Assembly (NCBI GenBank): GCA_000146465.1
Contig: CP001952.1
Length of the DNA stretch: 64,000 bases
Strand: one strand, 5' to 3'
The notes beneath the pieces are model-generated. The model ran no database searches, was not told the origin of the DNA, and saw only the letters and a program-made list of their open reading frames with translations. The translations under genes were made by a program, and so were the position numbers. Positions 28,637 through 38,830 of the stretch are shown one piece after another. Position 1 is the stretch's first letter, and every line of letters starts with the position of its first letter.

Positions 28637-29390
28637 GCTCTATCTAGTTGGATTCGGATTGCATTCGTACAAGGATATAACTCTCAGAGGATTGGAGGCT
28701 GCCAAGAGCAGCACAAGAGTGTATCTGGAGAACTACACATCAATCCATGGAGAACCGTTGGATGAGTTTGAAGAGCTTATAGGGAAGAAGGTATTCCTGG
28801 CAGACAGAGAGATGATGGAGCAAACCGACAAAATAGTTGATGAGTCCCTTGAAGAGGATGTCACCTTGCTTGTAGTGGGATCACCATTGTTCGCAACAAC
28901 TCACACAGACATAATCATAAGGGCGAAGGAAAAGGGAATAAGAGTCGAAGTTATTCACAATGCCTCCATAATAAACGTGTTGGGGTGCTGTGGGCTTTAT
29001 TCCTATACCTTTGGAAAGGTGGTGTCCATCCCGTACTTTGCAGGAAAATGGAGGCCGACAAGCTTCTACGACAATATAGTAAAGAACTATCAGAACAATC
29101 TTCACACACTATGTCTTCTGGACATTAAAGCTGACGAGCATAGGTTCATGAGCGTTAATGAGGCAATTGACCAGATCTTAGAAGCAGCCACCCTCACCGG
29201 CTCCTCGCTTATCAACGAAGACACAAGAATATTTGCAATCTGCAGGTTCGGATCTCCTACAGAAGAAGTTGCTTATGAAAGAATCGCCGACTTAAAACTG
29301 AGGTCTTTTGGAGACCCACTTCACTCCCTGATCATTCCTGCCAAGTTGGACAGAGTCGAGGAAGAACTGGTTGGTTCTCTGTTTGAATAA
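28635..29390 (+). CDS. DPH5: Diphthine synthase Dph5
   Basis: MLYLVGFGLHSYKDITLRGLEAAKSSTRVYLENYTS matches Dph5 [36 protein letters not shown]. ttgccccaaattctgcATG upstream. Confidence 0.85.
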   Translation: MLYLVGFGLHSYKDITLRGLEAAKSSTRVYLENYTSIHGEPLDEFEELIGKKVFLADREMMEQTDKIVDESLEEDVTLLVVGSPLFATTHTDIIIRAKEKGIRVEVIHNASIINVLGCCGLYSYTFGKVVSIPYFAGKWRPTSFYDNIVKNYQNNLHTLCLLDIKADEHRFMSVNEAIDQILEAATLTGSSLINEDTRIFAICRFGSPTEEVAYERIADLKLRSFGDPLHSLIIPAKLDRVEEELVGSLFE

Positions 29391-29457
29391 ATCTGTCTGA
29401 ATAGAAGCAAAAGTACAACGATTTATTAGAAAAATCATTATTATTACTTGTCTTGGC

Positions 29458-32400
29458 TTAATGAGCTATTTGTCCTGTGAATCCTGTGGCTGGAAGCTGT
29501 GGGGTTCCTGTGGTTGGTACGTTAGCGCCTGGGAACGAATAGGAAAGCCCATTCATTGTATGGTCGGGTTGCCCGGGCTGAACTTGTCTTGTAAATGTAT
29601 TGCTTGTGGCCGGAGATGCCTTAACTTCAGGCTTCAACGGGTTTTGTTGGCTGCTTGGTACCCCGGACCCCGGAATCTGGCCAGCCCCTGTGTTACTTGC
29701 CGTTCCCGTCCTCCCTGGAGTGGAAGATGCTCCTGCTTGGACTCCAGTTGAATTCTTTGTTGGGGTTGGAGTTACGGTTGGGTTTCCTTTGAACTTGACC
29801 TCCCCAAGAACTTGTGTCTTTCTAGGGTCGTTTGGTACAGATACAGAAATCTCAGTTGTTCCTGTAGGTGTCTTCTTGGTTTCAATCTGCTCAACGCTCT
29901 TCAGATTGGGAACAATCATCTGCTCTAGTATCTCTCCGCCAACTGTGTTAGGCTGGTGGGTCACCGTCGATATGTTGTTGAATATCATCTCGGTGATCGA
30001 CCCGACGTTGGTCTTGCTGTCAGGTAAAATGTTAGTTATCTGGCTATAGAAGTTTGTTCCTGTGATGTCTTTACGAGCTTCTGGAGATGCTTCGTTGTAG
30101 CTTATCATTTCCTTAATTGTAGAGTCTGGAAGCTGAGAAATCATGTTGAGGAACGTTTCTGTAGAAATGTTCATCCCTTTGGCATAGCTCTCAGCCTTAC
30201 TTATGATGTTGTTCCTGACCTGAGACTCAGTGCTGGTCGAGGTTGAAATGTGTTCGCTGATCAACTCCTTGTTGTACTCGTCGACTATTGCTGCCTTCTC
30301 TCCATCAATCTTTCCGTTGAATACATTCTTCTTGGCCACCTCATTTCCGTTCCCTGACTTTTGAATCTCGGAAAGCACATTACTTATGAAAGTCTCCTCA
30401 GATCCTTTCACCGAGTCGGTTACTGCCATGTCCAATGGAACGTCCGGGGATTTCTTCTTAAGCTCCTCGCTGACTGCTCCAACAGTCGAAGACCCAACAC
30501 TATTAAGACTCTCGATTGCCTGGTCCATCGTCATTATCTCGGGAACTCCATATGGAGAGGAAATCTCAACAAACTTGCTTCCATCAGGGTTTGTATAAAC
30601 CTCTGTTGTGATCCCTTCTAGGTTCTTTGCTTTCTTCTCTTCCTCAACTCTGGCCTTCATCTCAGAAGCTGCTGCAACCTCGCTTTCGTGAGCCAGCCTT
30701 CCATTAATCATCGGCCTCATTTCCTTTACAAATTCGTTCCATGGCGTCTGTATAAGCTCTCCATCCTCAATATCCAGCTCAGATGCCGATCCAATGTTTA
30801 AGCTCTTCTTTCCATCAGTCATCGTAGATGGAGGAACGGGATCAAGAGGAGATGGAAGAGGTAGGACAAATCCATCCACATTTGCCTCGTAGTATCCAAC
30901 ACCCTTATCGAGCTCGGGTCTCTCTCCTGTGTTGTACTGGTGTTCAAGTAGCGAGGTGTCCAGTTTCTGGTTCTCCATCAATTCCTTTGTTCCTTCAGGG
31001 AAGATAACCTTCCCTTTGTTCACCTTCAATGCCTTTGCTGCCTCAGAGATATGCACTGCTCCATTCTCCATCTCAATGACATTCAATCCACTCTCAACAG
31101 CTGTCCCAACAACCTTGTTTCTCACTTGATTCCTTCTGTTCTTCTGTCTGCTCTGTACAATCACTTCCTCTTCAGACTTTGGCTCTTCATTACTGAATCC
31201 CTTCAGAGGAAGTTTTACTTTTCCATCGGAAATCCCAATTCTGCTGGTGGTTGGAGGAATAATTTCCTTAACATTGAGGTTCGATGTAGAAGTCTCTTTC
31301 CTTAGTGCCTCAATGTTTGATTGGTGTGCCATCTCCTCCTCATACTTCTTGTTCAGCTCCTCAAGGTTCGATCCAACAACATTAAGTCCGGCATGTGCTG
31401 TAGCCATGTGATCGACAGCCTCTTGGATCGAGTCGTTCATTCCCATCGGCCCCAGCATCTTCATCACCTCCTCCTTTCTAACCTCTCTTTCATGGTTCAA
31501 TGTCTCCTCTGTTATCTTCTCTGCCTCTTCCCGTGCCTTTTCGGCCTGCATTATGTCTCCAGTGCTCTCGAAAACCTTTGTAAATGCACTCTTTCCCTCA
31601 TTGTTGATGATCTCCTGTTCTGCTGCTTTTGCAAGATGCTCCTCTGCCTCCTTTACTGCATTGTTCTCGTTGGCTTCCTTCTGCACTCTTATAGCCTCGT
31701 TTTGCATCTCTTCGTTCCTACGATTCATCTCCTCAATTGCCTTTTCGGTGGAAACCTTCGAAAGGAAGTTCAGAGCATTTGTCTTTCGCCCTCTCGGCTT
31801 GAGCTGTGCCTTGGCATTCTCCAGGTTCTCATGTGCCTTTGCAAGATCTTCTGCACTCGAAATCGCCACATCTGTCAGAATCTTCTCCTGAACAACAGGG
31901 TTCGACAACCCCTCAACACTTGCTGCTTCCTTCAATGCCGCCGCCTGGCTGAGCTTCTGAAGCGCCCTGTTAATAGGCTCGGTTATATGGACCTTAGAGA
32001 GGTAATCGCTTATGTCTCGTGCCCGTTCAAGTCTCTTCTCGTTAATCTCTTCCTCCTTCTTCTTCAGAGCCTTGGGCCGAAGTCCACTAGGTGTCCTTAC
32101 TATTTCCCTTGCGTTCTTCTCCTCAATCAAAGACCTATCTTCTGCACTTTGTGCTGCTGTTTGCCCTCCTCCGGCAATTGCTGCAGACCTGGTTGCATGC
32201 TGGTAATTGAGATCTGCTAGGCTCATGGCCTTTGCATATGCAACCTCCGGAGACAGACCACTTGCCAAAGCTTCATTGTACTTATCAATCAAAAATCCTG
32301 CTTGATAGGCTTCAAACCCTGCTTTTTCCTCAGGAGATCCCTTTTCGATATATTTCTCATACACACTCTTCACAAGCATATCCCTGTCTGCTTCAGAAAC

Positions 32401-33228
32401 AACATCCTTAGAATTTACTATCTTAGCAAGTTGAGCCTGAGGAATATAAGAAGGATTCACTAGTGGCTGAGAAATCGTATTTGCCCTCTTTTTCCTCAGT
32501 GCCTTTTTGGCATTGGCATCTTTAATCTCATCTGCAACACCCTGTGCAACAGGTACAGAATGCCCCATTAGAACCAACGAGGAATATGCATTTTCAGGAA
32601 TTTCATCATCTATTGGACTTTCGTTATAGGTCAGAGCGTTGATCTCTGCCTGCTCTTTGTTGGTCCTTCCAGTGGCCACTCCACCCGAGAAATATGTTTC
32701 TTCAGGGTTGGAATAGTCCGGTGGTGTCTCCACAGAAACAAGCTCCGACTCCAACGGTGCAACAGTGGCCGGCCTTGCACTTGGGCTTCCAAGAATAGAA
32801 CTCTCCACATCCTCTGCAACATCCGGTGTTATGGAACCGTCGTTGTAAAGCATATCAAGAGCATCGAGGTTTCCGTGAGCTGCCATGTTTGCAAGATCCT
32901 TTTCTTCATGGGACAGGTTCTCCGGATTGTTTCCATGACTGTTGATCATGTTCCGAAGTATCTTCTCATGGTTTTTATTATGAGGCTTGATGCTTCCTCC
33001 ATATTTCCTATGGCCTCCCTTATGATGGGTACGATGAACACGACGATTGCTATCGTCATCGTGGCGGCTATGAACCTTCATCTTAATACGGGCGTTGCGG
33101 GTAGATCTATTTCCATAGTCCATCCCCTTTCCTGTATTTGCTTCTTTGCTGCGATGGATGGCATCAGGGCTTACCTTGGTTTCACTCCGCACCTCCATGT
33201 TGTAGAGACAAAGTAGAAACAGTAGCAT
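29458..33228 (-). CDS. PTP3: Giant secretory protein, probable polar tube protein 3 (PTP3)
   Basis: 1256 aa. Hydrophobic leader MLLFLLCLY, which contains the only Cys. Basic His/Lys/Arg-rich N-terminal ~90 aa, long acidic Glu/Lys-rich predicted coiled-coil core, and a Pro/Thr/Gly/Ser-rich neutral-basic C-terminal tail. The CDS is certain; the PTP3 identity is an inference from architecture, length and the PTP3-Sec13-EF2 neighbourhood. Confidence 0.5.
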   Translation of the reverse strand: MLLFLLCLYNMEVRSETKVSPDAIHRSKEANTGKGMDYGNRSTRNARIKMKVHSRHDDDSNRRVHRTHHKGGHRKYGGSIKPHNKNHEKILRNMINSHGNNPENLSHEEKDLANMAAHGNLDALDMLYNDGSITPDVAEDVESSILGSPSARPATVAPLESELVSVETPPDYSNPEETYFSGGVATGRTNKEQAEINALTYNESPIDDEIPENAYSSLVLMGHSVPVAQGVADEIKDANAKKALRKKRANTISQPLVNPSYIPQAQLAKIVNSKDVVSEADRDMLVKSVYEKYIEKGSPEEKAGFEAYQAGFLIDKYNEALASGLSPEVAYAKAMSLADLNYQHATRSAAIAGGGQTAAQSAEDRSLIEEKNAREIVRTPSGLRPKALKKKEEEINEKRLERARDISDYLSKVHITEPINRALQKLSQAAALKEAASVEGLSNPVVQEKILTDVAISSAEDLAKAHENLENAKAQLKPRGRKTNALNFLSKVSTEKAIEEMNRRNEEMQNEAIRVQKEANENNAVKEAEEHLAKAAEQEIINNEGKSAFTKVFESTGDIMQAEKAREEAEKITEETLNHEREVRKEEVMKMLGPMGMNDSIQEAVDHMATAHAGLNVVGSNLEELNKKYEEEMAHQSNIEALRKETSTSNLNVKEIIPPTTSRIGISDGKVKLPLKGFSNEEPKSEEEVIVQSRQKNRRNQVRNKVVGTAVESGLNVIEMENGAVHISEAAKALKVNKGKVIFPEGTKELMENQKLDTSLLEHQYNTGERPELDKGVGYYEANVDGFVLPLPSPLDPVPPSTMTDGKKSLNIGSASELDIEDGELIQTPWNEFVKEMRPMINGRLAHESEVAAASEMKARVEEEKKAKNLEGITTEVYTNPDGSKFVEISSPYGVPEIMTMDQAIESLNSVGSSTVGAVSEELKKKSPDVPLDMAVTDSVKGSEETFISNVLSEIQKSGNGNEVAKKNVFNGKIDGEKAAIVDEYNKELISEHISTSTSTESQVRNNIISKAESYAKGMNISTETFLNMISQLPDSTIKEMISYNEASPEARKDITGTNFYSQITNILPDSKTNVGSITEMIFNNISTVTHQPNTVGGEILEQMIVPNLKSVEQIETKKTPTGTTEISVSVPNDPRKTQVLGEVKFKGNPTVTPTPTKNSTGVQAGASSTPGRTGTASNTGAGQIPGSGVPSSQQNPLKPEVKASPATSNTFTRQVQPGQPDHTMNGLSYSFPGANVPTTGTPQLPATGFTGQIAH

Positions 33229-33450
33229 GCGTTCGTGTCATTTTCCCACTAGGTATTTAAATATTTTTCCTAAAACGCTTTCCCGACAATGTTTCGAAAA
33301 CTAGAGGTCATGCCCAATCGTCTGAGATAGACTCCTCTTCTAGCCTGATTATTTCCTCTCATTGGACATGGATGAAACGGACTCAGGCCTCTTGTGTAGG
33401 AGGGGAAATTGCTTCAAATATAAACATCCCAGCAAACAAATTAAATTTAT

Positions 33451-34269
33451 TCAACTCTCAATCTTCTTGAGACCCACTTCTTTGAACTCTCCACTACTGT
33501 CGGGCACAAAACACTTGAATCGGGAGTCTCCATATCCAACACTGAGACTAAATCCAGAAAAGCTCCAGGAAAGGCTATAGCATGGCTCATCCAGGACAAT
33601 CTTCTGCAATTTGTATTCTCCTTCATTTCTAGTGTAGATCATTACAGTGCCGTCTTCAGAACAGCTTGCCATGCAAAACAGCTTGAAGGAATTCGGCGGG
33701 CAGACAGAAACATCTCTTACAAATCCCTTATGATCCCTAAACCGTGCAACCTCTTCGCTTCCTTCCCACACTGCCACAGAGTAATCCATTCCTCCACTTA
33801 CAAACCCGTTTTCCGTAGCACTGACACATGAAACCCCAAACCGGTGGCTGAAGATCTCTGACTCTGTTACGCCAAAGGAGGAATCAACTGCTAGGACCCT
33901 TACATTTCCATCCGAACACCCACAGAACAAGGTAAACGAGCCTCCGTTCCATCTTCCCGAAATGTCGTTTACCGATCCATTAAGAAGCTGCTTTTCATAC
34001 TTCTTGTTGAACTTCCCGTTCTCATACTTCCAAACAATGACCTTCCCGCTGAAGTAAGATGATGCAATAAACTCACCTTGATTTAGAAAAATCGCTTTTG
34101 TTGCCGGGCCCGAGTTTCCATTCAGCTCCATCTCCAGAGCCAGGTTGTGAGGAGAGTCTGCAGTGCCCTTCGAAAAGACACGTACAATTCCATCGGAGCA
34201 CGACGTAACAATTTTCTTTTGGCTGAAGTCAGTCTCGATGCTATGGATAGTATCCTTGTGGATGTCCAT
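33451..34269 (-). CDS. SEC13: COPII/nuclear-pore WD40 protein Sec13
   Basis: HKDTIHSIETDFSQKKIVTSCSDGIVRVFSK / FIASSYFSGKVIVWKYENGKF / HKGFVRDVSVCP parallel Sec13 [31 protein letters not shown] / [21 protein letters not shown] / HSDWVRDVAWSP. agccccaATG upstream. Confidence 0.75.
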   Translation of the reverse strand: MDIHKDTIHSIETDFSQKKIVTSCSDGIVRVFSKGTADSPHNLALEMELNGNSGPATKAIFLNQGEFIASSYFSGKVIVWKYENGKFNKKYEKQLLNGSVNDISGRWNGGSFTLFCGCSDGNVRVLAVDSSFGVTESEIFSHRFGVSCVSATENGFVSGGMDYSVAVWEGSEEVARFRDHKGFVRDVSVCPPNSFKLFCMASCSEDGTVMIYTRNEGEYKLQKIVLDEPCYSLSWSFSGFSLSVGYGDSRFKCFVPDSSGEFKEVGLKKIES

Positions 34270-34452
34270 TGGGGCTTCTATATTTGGGAAAACAAATAAA
34301 AGATATTACATGCGATGAAACACAAGGTAGATGAGACAAGATAAATCCGAAGATGGGTATGGATAGGAGGATGAGTTGTAGCGGTGTGGGAAAACCGATG
34401 ATTAAGATACACCTGGGAATTTTAAAAGAACGGAAAAATTTTCACCCTACGA

Positions 34453-37005
34453 ATGGTAGATTTTCATATCAGCAAAGTTCACGAGCTTATGACGAACCAG
34501 AAGAACATCAGGAACATTTCTGTGATAGCACATGTCGATCACGGGAAAAGTACACTGACAGATTGTCTTGTGATCAAGGCAAAGATAGTTTCGAAGGATT
34601 CTGGAGGAGGCAGGTACATGGACTCTCGTGAAGACGAGCAGCAAAGAGGAATTACTATTAAGAGTTCGGCAATATCTCTGCATTTCCAGATTGAAAAGGA
34701 TGTTTTGGAAGCATATACAAAGAAGGAAGATACCAACGGAACCGAGTTTTTGATCAATCTAATTGACAGCCCAGGGCATATGGATTTCAGCAGTGAGGTT
34801 ACAGCAGCACTTCGAGTGACCGACGGGGCTCTTGTTGTTGTGGACTGTGTTGATGGAATTTGTGTGCAGACGGAAACGGTGCTTGGGCAAGCCATGGGAG
34901 AGAGAATAATTCCAACTCTTGTCCTCAACAAGCTCGACAGAGCTATTCTCGAGTTGGAGTATCCCCAAGAGAAGCTTGGAGAGGTTCTTAGGAGAAGGGT
35001 GGAGGGATTCAATGCCAAGCTCAGCACTCTAGGATACAACTTCAAGGTGGAGTCTCTGATGCCCGAGAAGAATGATATTTCGTTCTGTTCTGGACTACAG
35101 GGATGGGGATTTACCCTCAGGCATTTTGCAAGGTTCTATCTTGAGAAATTCAACATGAGTGGATTTGAGGGAGAAAAGAAGCTGACAAACTTCCTGTGGT
35201 CCCACAAGGTGTCCTGTACATCAGACGATCCGTTTGATCCAAACATCAAGCACATTGCCAAGCCTAATCCTGCACGATCTCCTTTTGTTGTGTATGTGTT
35301 AAATCCAATCTATAAAGTCAAGGACTTTTGCAACAACGGACAGATTGAGGAAATTAAGGAATACCTGAAATTCTATAAGGTAGACTTTAAGGGAGTTACA
35401 CTCACTGGAAGTGGAAAGTCTTTGTTCAAGGAGGTTATGAAGGCATGGCTTCCTGCAGCAGACTGCATCTTGGAGCAGATTGCGCTCAAACTTCCATCTC
35501 CGTTACAAAGCCAGAAGCTTCGATATGACTATCTATACGAAGGCCCAAAGGATGACGAGGTAGGAACTGCTATCATGAACTGTGATGCAAGCGAAGAAGC
35601 TCCGGTTACAATGTATGTCTCGAAGATGATTTCCTCAAACGACAACCGGTTCATAGCATTTGGAAGGGTGTTCTCTGGGAAGATATATCCAGGAATGAAG
35701 ATTAGGGTCCAAGAGCCGGGATATACACCGTTGCCAGAGGATTCTGAGGGATCCCCTCTGCTCCACATAAAGTCTGTCTTGAGAACTGTTGTTATGATGG
35801 GAAGGGGATACAAGGACGTGCCCAACTGTCCTGCCGGAAACATCATAGGGATTGTCGGGGTTGATGACTGTCTGAAGAAGACTGGAACCATAACAAACAG
35901 AAAGGACTCGTACAACATCCGATCGATGAAGTTTTCTGTGTCCCCAGTTGTTAAGGTGGCTGTCTCCACCAAAAGGCCAGAAGATCTTGGAAAGCTCCAG
36001 GAAGGGCTCAAAAAGCTTGCTCAGTCAGATCCTCTTTGCCTGGTCGAGAGAAATGACAAGGGCCAAAACACTATAGCTTGTGCAGGATCCCTACATCTCG
36101 AGATCTGCCTTAAGGATCTCCAAGATCAATATGCCAAGGTACCCATCATTTCCGAAGATCCGTTGGTGACATACTTCGAGGGCATATCATCCTCGATTAC
36201 AGAGCCTAAGATGACAAAGTCTGCAAACAAGCATAACAGAATTTACATGACTGTTGAACCACTCGAGGAGAAGATAGTTGACAATCTGAATGACGTCAAG
36301 TCCGACCAGATCAAGACAATGACAACCAACTTCCGAGAAATGCTTGACATAAGAGATGACTGGATCAAGAAGATATGGTGCTATGCACCCGAGATCAATC
36401 CCTTGAATCTTCTTGTGGATGGAACAAAGGGAATCTCTATCATCAACGAAATAAAGGAACACGTCAACACAGGATTCCGTGCAGCAGTCAATGACGGTCC
36501 ATTGATTGGAGAAGTCATGCGTGGACTTAAGTTTGAGCTCAAAGACGCAGTCCTCCACGCCGATGCAATCCACAGAGGTATCAACCAGCTGCTCCAGCCT
36601 GTGAAGAGTCTCTGCAAAGGACTCCTCCTTGCAGCAACCCCCATTCTCTACGAGCCAATATATGAAGTAGAGATAACCTCTCCAAACGACTTCTCCGGAG
36701 CTGCCACCACTATTCTTCTCTCGAAGAGAGGAACTGCAGAGGACTTCAAGACACTTCCTGGAAACGACACAACGATGATTACCGGGACTCTTCCTGTGAG
36801 GGAGTCCTTTACATTCAATGAGGACTTGAAGTCTAGGACCGGAGGAAAGGCCGGAGCATCCATGAGGTTCTCTCATTACAGCATCTTGCCCGGAAGCCTC
36901 GACGACCCAAATTCCTTGATGTTCAAGACCGTCGAAACTGTTAGGAAGCTCAAGAAAATGAACCCCGAGCCTCCAACAGCAGACTCCTTCTTCGACAAGC
37001 TTTAA
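34453..37005 (+). CDS. EF2: Translation elongation factor 2
   Basis: MVDFHISKVHELMTNQKNIRNISVIAHVDHGKSTLTD...; 850 aa, full G-domain plus domains II-V; diphthamide-region H present. Confidence 0.97.
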   Translation: MVDFHISKVHELMTNQKNIRNISVIAHVDHGKSTLTDCLVIKAKIVSKDSGGGRYMDSREDEQQRGITIKSSAISLHFQIEKDVLEAYTKKEDTNGTEFLINLIDSPGHMDFSSEVTAALRVTDGALVVVDCVDGICVQTETVLGQAMGERIIPTLVLNKLDRAILELEYPQEKLGEVLRRRVEGFNAKLSTLGYNFKVESLMPEKNDISFCSGLQGWGFTLRHFARFYLEKFNMSGFEGEKKLTNFLWSHKVSCTSDDPFDPNIKHIAKPNPARSPFVVYVLNPIYKVKDFCNNGQIEEIKEYLKFYKVDFKGVTLTGSGKSLFKEVMKAWLPAADCILEQIALKLPSPLQSQKLRYDYLYEGPKDDEVGTAIMNCDASEEAPVTMYVSKMISSNDNRFIAFGRVFSGKIYPGMKIRVQEPGYTPLPEDSEGSPLLHIKSVLRTVVMMGRGYKDVPNCPAGNIIGIVGVDDCLKKTGTITNRKDSYNIRSMKFSVSPVVKVAVSTKRPEDLGKLQEGLKKLAQSDPLCLVERNDKGQNTIACAGSLHLEICLKDLQDQYAKVPIISEDPLVTYFEGISSSITEPKMTKSANKHNRIYMTVEPLEEKIVDNLNDVKSDQIKTMTTNFREMLDIRDDWIKKIWCYAPEINPLNLLVDGTKGISIINEIKEHVNTGFRAAVNDGPLIGEVMRGLKFELKDAVLHADAIHRGINQLLQPVKSLCKGLLLAATPILYEPIYEVEITSPNDFSGAATTILLSKRGTAEDFKTLPGNDTTMITGTLPVRESFTFNEDLKSRTGGKAGASMRFSHYSILPGSLDDPNSLMFKTVETVRKLKKMNPEPPTADSFFDKL

Positions 37006-37087
37006 TAAAAAGTTATGGAGTTATCTAGAAAGTTCCGTTTTTATTTGGGCCGACATTCTGCCCGGAGAAACAATCTCCAGTGACGGC

Positions 37088-37375
37088 CTATTCCTTGTTC
37101 TTGAGCTGCTCCATGCCCTTGAGGAATTCAAACTTTGAATTGGACTCTATAGCTCTTACAATAAACTCGGGAGACATCCTCGAGGAGTTCTTCTTCTTTG
37201 CTTCCTTGAGGGTGAGTCCTACCACTTCTGCCAAAAACATCTCGATGGCCTTGCTTGCAACAACAGGTACCGAGGCCCCTATCTTTCCTATGTCCTCGTT
37301 CAGCTGCATTATCCTTTTCAATCTTGATATCGGGAACTTGGTTAGCTTTTTCTTTTGGGACTCCTGCCTGGGCAT
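37088..37375 (-). CDS. Histone-fold protein, NC2-alpha (DRAP1/Bur6)-like (CBFD_NFYB_HMF family)
   Basis: KFPISRLKRIMQLNEDIGKIGASVPVVASKAIEMFLAEVV aligns with DRAP1 [40 protein letters not shown]. 95 aa. A Dpb3/NF-YC relationship cannot be excluded. Confidence 0.6.
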   Translation of the reverse strand: MPRQESQKKKLTKFPISRLKRIMQLNEDIGKIGASVPVVASKAIEMFLAEVVGLTLKEAKKKNSSRMSPEFIVRAIESNSKFEFLKGMEQLKNKE

Positions 37376-37475
37376 TGTTTACCCCTTCCACTCTCTAGGC
37401 TTTAACAAAGATCAGATATGGAAGAATCCTCCTACCCTCCATATCGAGTTTATTCTCAAGATTTCCAATCCCAAA

Positions 37476-37826
37476 ATGGACAGGGAAGCCTTAAGATGCA
37501 GGGTGCTTACCACTCTTTCCAAGTCGTCGTTGTTCCGATTCATTGAAAACATCCTAGAAGAGGGCAAGGTGAATTCCATGGCAGTCAATATCACAGAATA
37601 TTTATTAAACAATAAGTACAGCAGAGAAAGAGCTCAGCAACATATATCAGACTACTTGGAAGACGAGCTCGAGAGGTCAGGGATAGACCTAGACGATAGT
37701 GTCGACGGTGTCTCCCTGGCCATTCTATTCGTATACGAAGAGCTCCTTGAAAATAAGTCAGAATTCTTTTTGAAGATTGAGGAAAAGGCTGGCCATACCA
37801 TTCCTCTTTCCGACTCCGACGAATGA
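37476..37826 (+). CDS. Small acidic hypothetical protein (116 aa)
   Basis: Only the portion from ATG 37476 (MDREALRCRVLTTLSKSSLFRFIENILEEG...) is taken as coding. The upstream part of track ORF 37080..37826 is antisense of the histone-fold gene. Confidence 0.3.
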   Translation: MDREALRCRVLTTLSKSSLFRFIENILEEGKVNSMAVNITEYLLNNKYSRERAQQHISDYLEDELERSGIDLDDSVDGVSLAILFVYEELLENKSEFFLKIEEKAGHTIPLSDSDE

Positions 37827-37833
37827 CTCTGGC

Positions 37834-38823
37834 CTAGAACTTAATACTCTTATAAAGCTTTTCCTTTCTGCTTCTTCTTTTTTCTTTCGCTTCCACTTCC
37901 TCCTTAGCAACAGCTTTTTCTTCGGGTGCCTCATCTTTTTCAGCCCTACTACTTTCCAGAGTAACTCTTTCTTCCAACTCCTCAATGTACACCGGCTTAG
38001 TGTACTGGTTCTCAGTGTTATAGATAACCTCTACACTCTCTTGAAGAATGCCGTTTTCAGCTATTCCAGCCTCTGCCTCAACCAGGGGCTCTCCCCAACC
38101 CCTAGGCTGGTATCCATACATACATCCCTCAGGTATTGGTGCATTCAGCCCTGGAATCCTTGCATTCGGATAGGATGGCGGCATTCCATACTTCTGCATT
38201 TTGAAAAGCCATGGCGGCGGAGTGGTGTTGTCGATTCCCAGAGCTTCCATGAGCTCAACGCTCATCGTACCAGAGGAGCTCTTCTTTATAAAGTAGTCCG
38301 TCCCCGGCTTGAAAAATTCTCCATAACTACTGAGATGCGGTTTTTCCTCTATGGAAAACGCCTCATACAGTATCCGTTGGTCGACCAAGGATTTCCCCAG
38401 TTTTGGATACAACTTTTCCCTTACCCTTTCCCGAAGACTCATCCCCGCCTCCCTTTCCTTCATCATTCTTCTTAACTCAGGAATCCCTGTCTTCATTACA
38501 TTCCAGGGAATCTGATATCCAGGCTTATGGTATCCATGCGGAAACATTCTTCCAGAGCTTGATCTCCAATTGCTGGGGACCGGAACACTACTCTGTCCCT
38601 TCATCTTATTGTGAGCTATTGGATCTGGGCATGTTACATCCTCAAACTCAAAAAGCTCTGGATATGGAACAACAAGCTTGAGGTCCTCATATCTGTGTTG
38701 CAATGCCCTTTTTTTCCTCTGCCTTTTATTCAAGGGATTTCTATTGGGTCTTATTTCGTGAATAAATCCATACTCATCATTGATCTCTGCTCTCATATGG
38801 GCTTTTGATTTTATTCTGTCCAT
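37834..38823 (-). CDS. SF3B2: Splicing factor 3b subunit 2 (SF3B2/SAP145/Cus1)-like
   Basis: LFEFEDVTCPDPIAHNKMKGQSSVPVPSNW matches SF3B2 HDVTAQDPKLLVHLKATRNSVPVPRHW (DUF382). PSP motif MQKYGMPPSYPNARIPGLNAPIPEGCMYGYQPRGWGEP matches MQRYGPPPSYPNLKIPGLNSPIPESCSFGYHAGGWGKP. Confidence 0.75.
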   Translation of the reverse strand: MDRIKSKAHMRAEINDEYGFIHEIRPNRNPLNKRQRKKRALQHRYEDLKLVVPYPELFEFEDVTCPDPIAHNKMKGQSSVPVPSNWRSSSGRMFPHGYHKPGYQIPWNVMKTGIPELRRMMKEREAGMSLRERVREKLYPKLGKSLVDQRILYEAFSIEEKPHLSSYGEFFKPGTDYFIKKSSSGTMSVELMEALGIDNTTPPPWLFKMQKYGMPPSYPNARIPGLNAPIPEGCMYGYQPRGWGEPLVEAEAGIAENGILQESVEVIYNTENQYTKPVYIEELEERVTLESSRAEKDEAPEEKAVAKEEVEAKEKRRSRKEKLYKSIKF

Positions 38824-38830
38824 TCATGCT

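Noticed and set aside
29461-32220. Plus-strand ORFs within the PTP3-like gene (29600..30049, 31321..32220, 31553..31891).
   Set aside because: Antisense of a long Glu/Lys-rich coding region, which yields Leu/Phe/Ser-rich stop-free frames by chance.
37080-37475. Upstream part of plus ORF 37080..37826.
   Set aside because: Overlaps the histone-fold gene on the opposite strand, which has clear DRAP1/NC2-alpha homology. Only the segment from ATG 37476 is kept.
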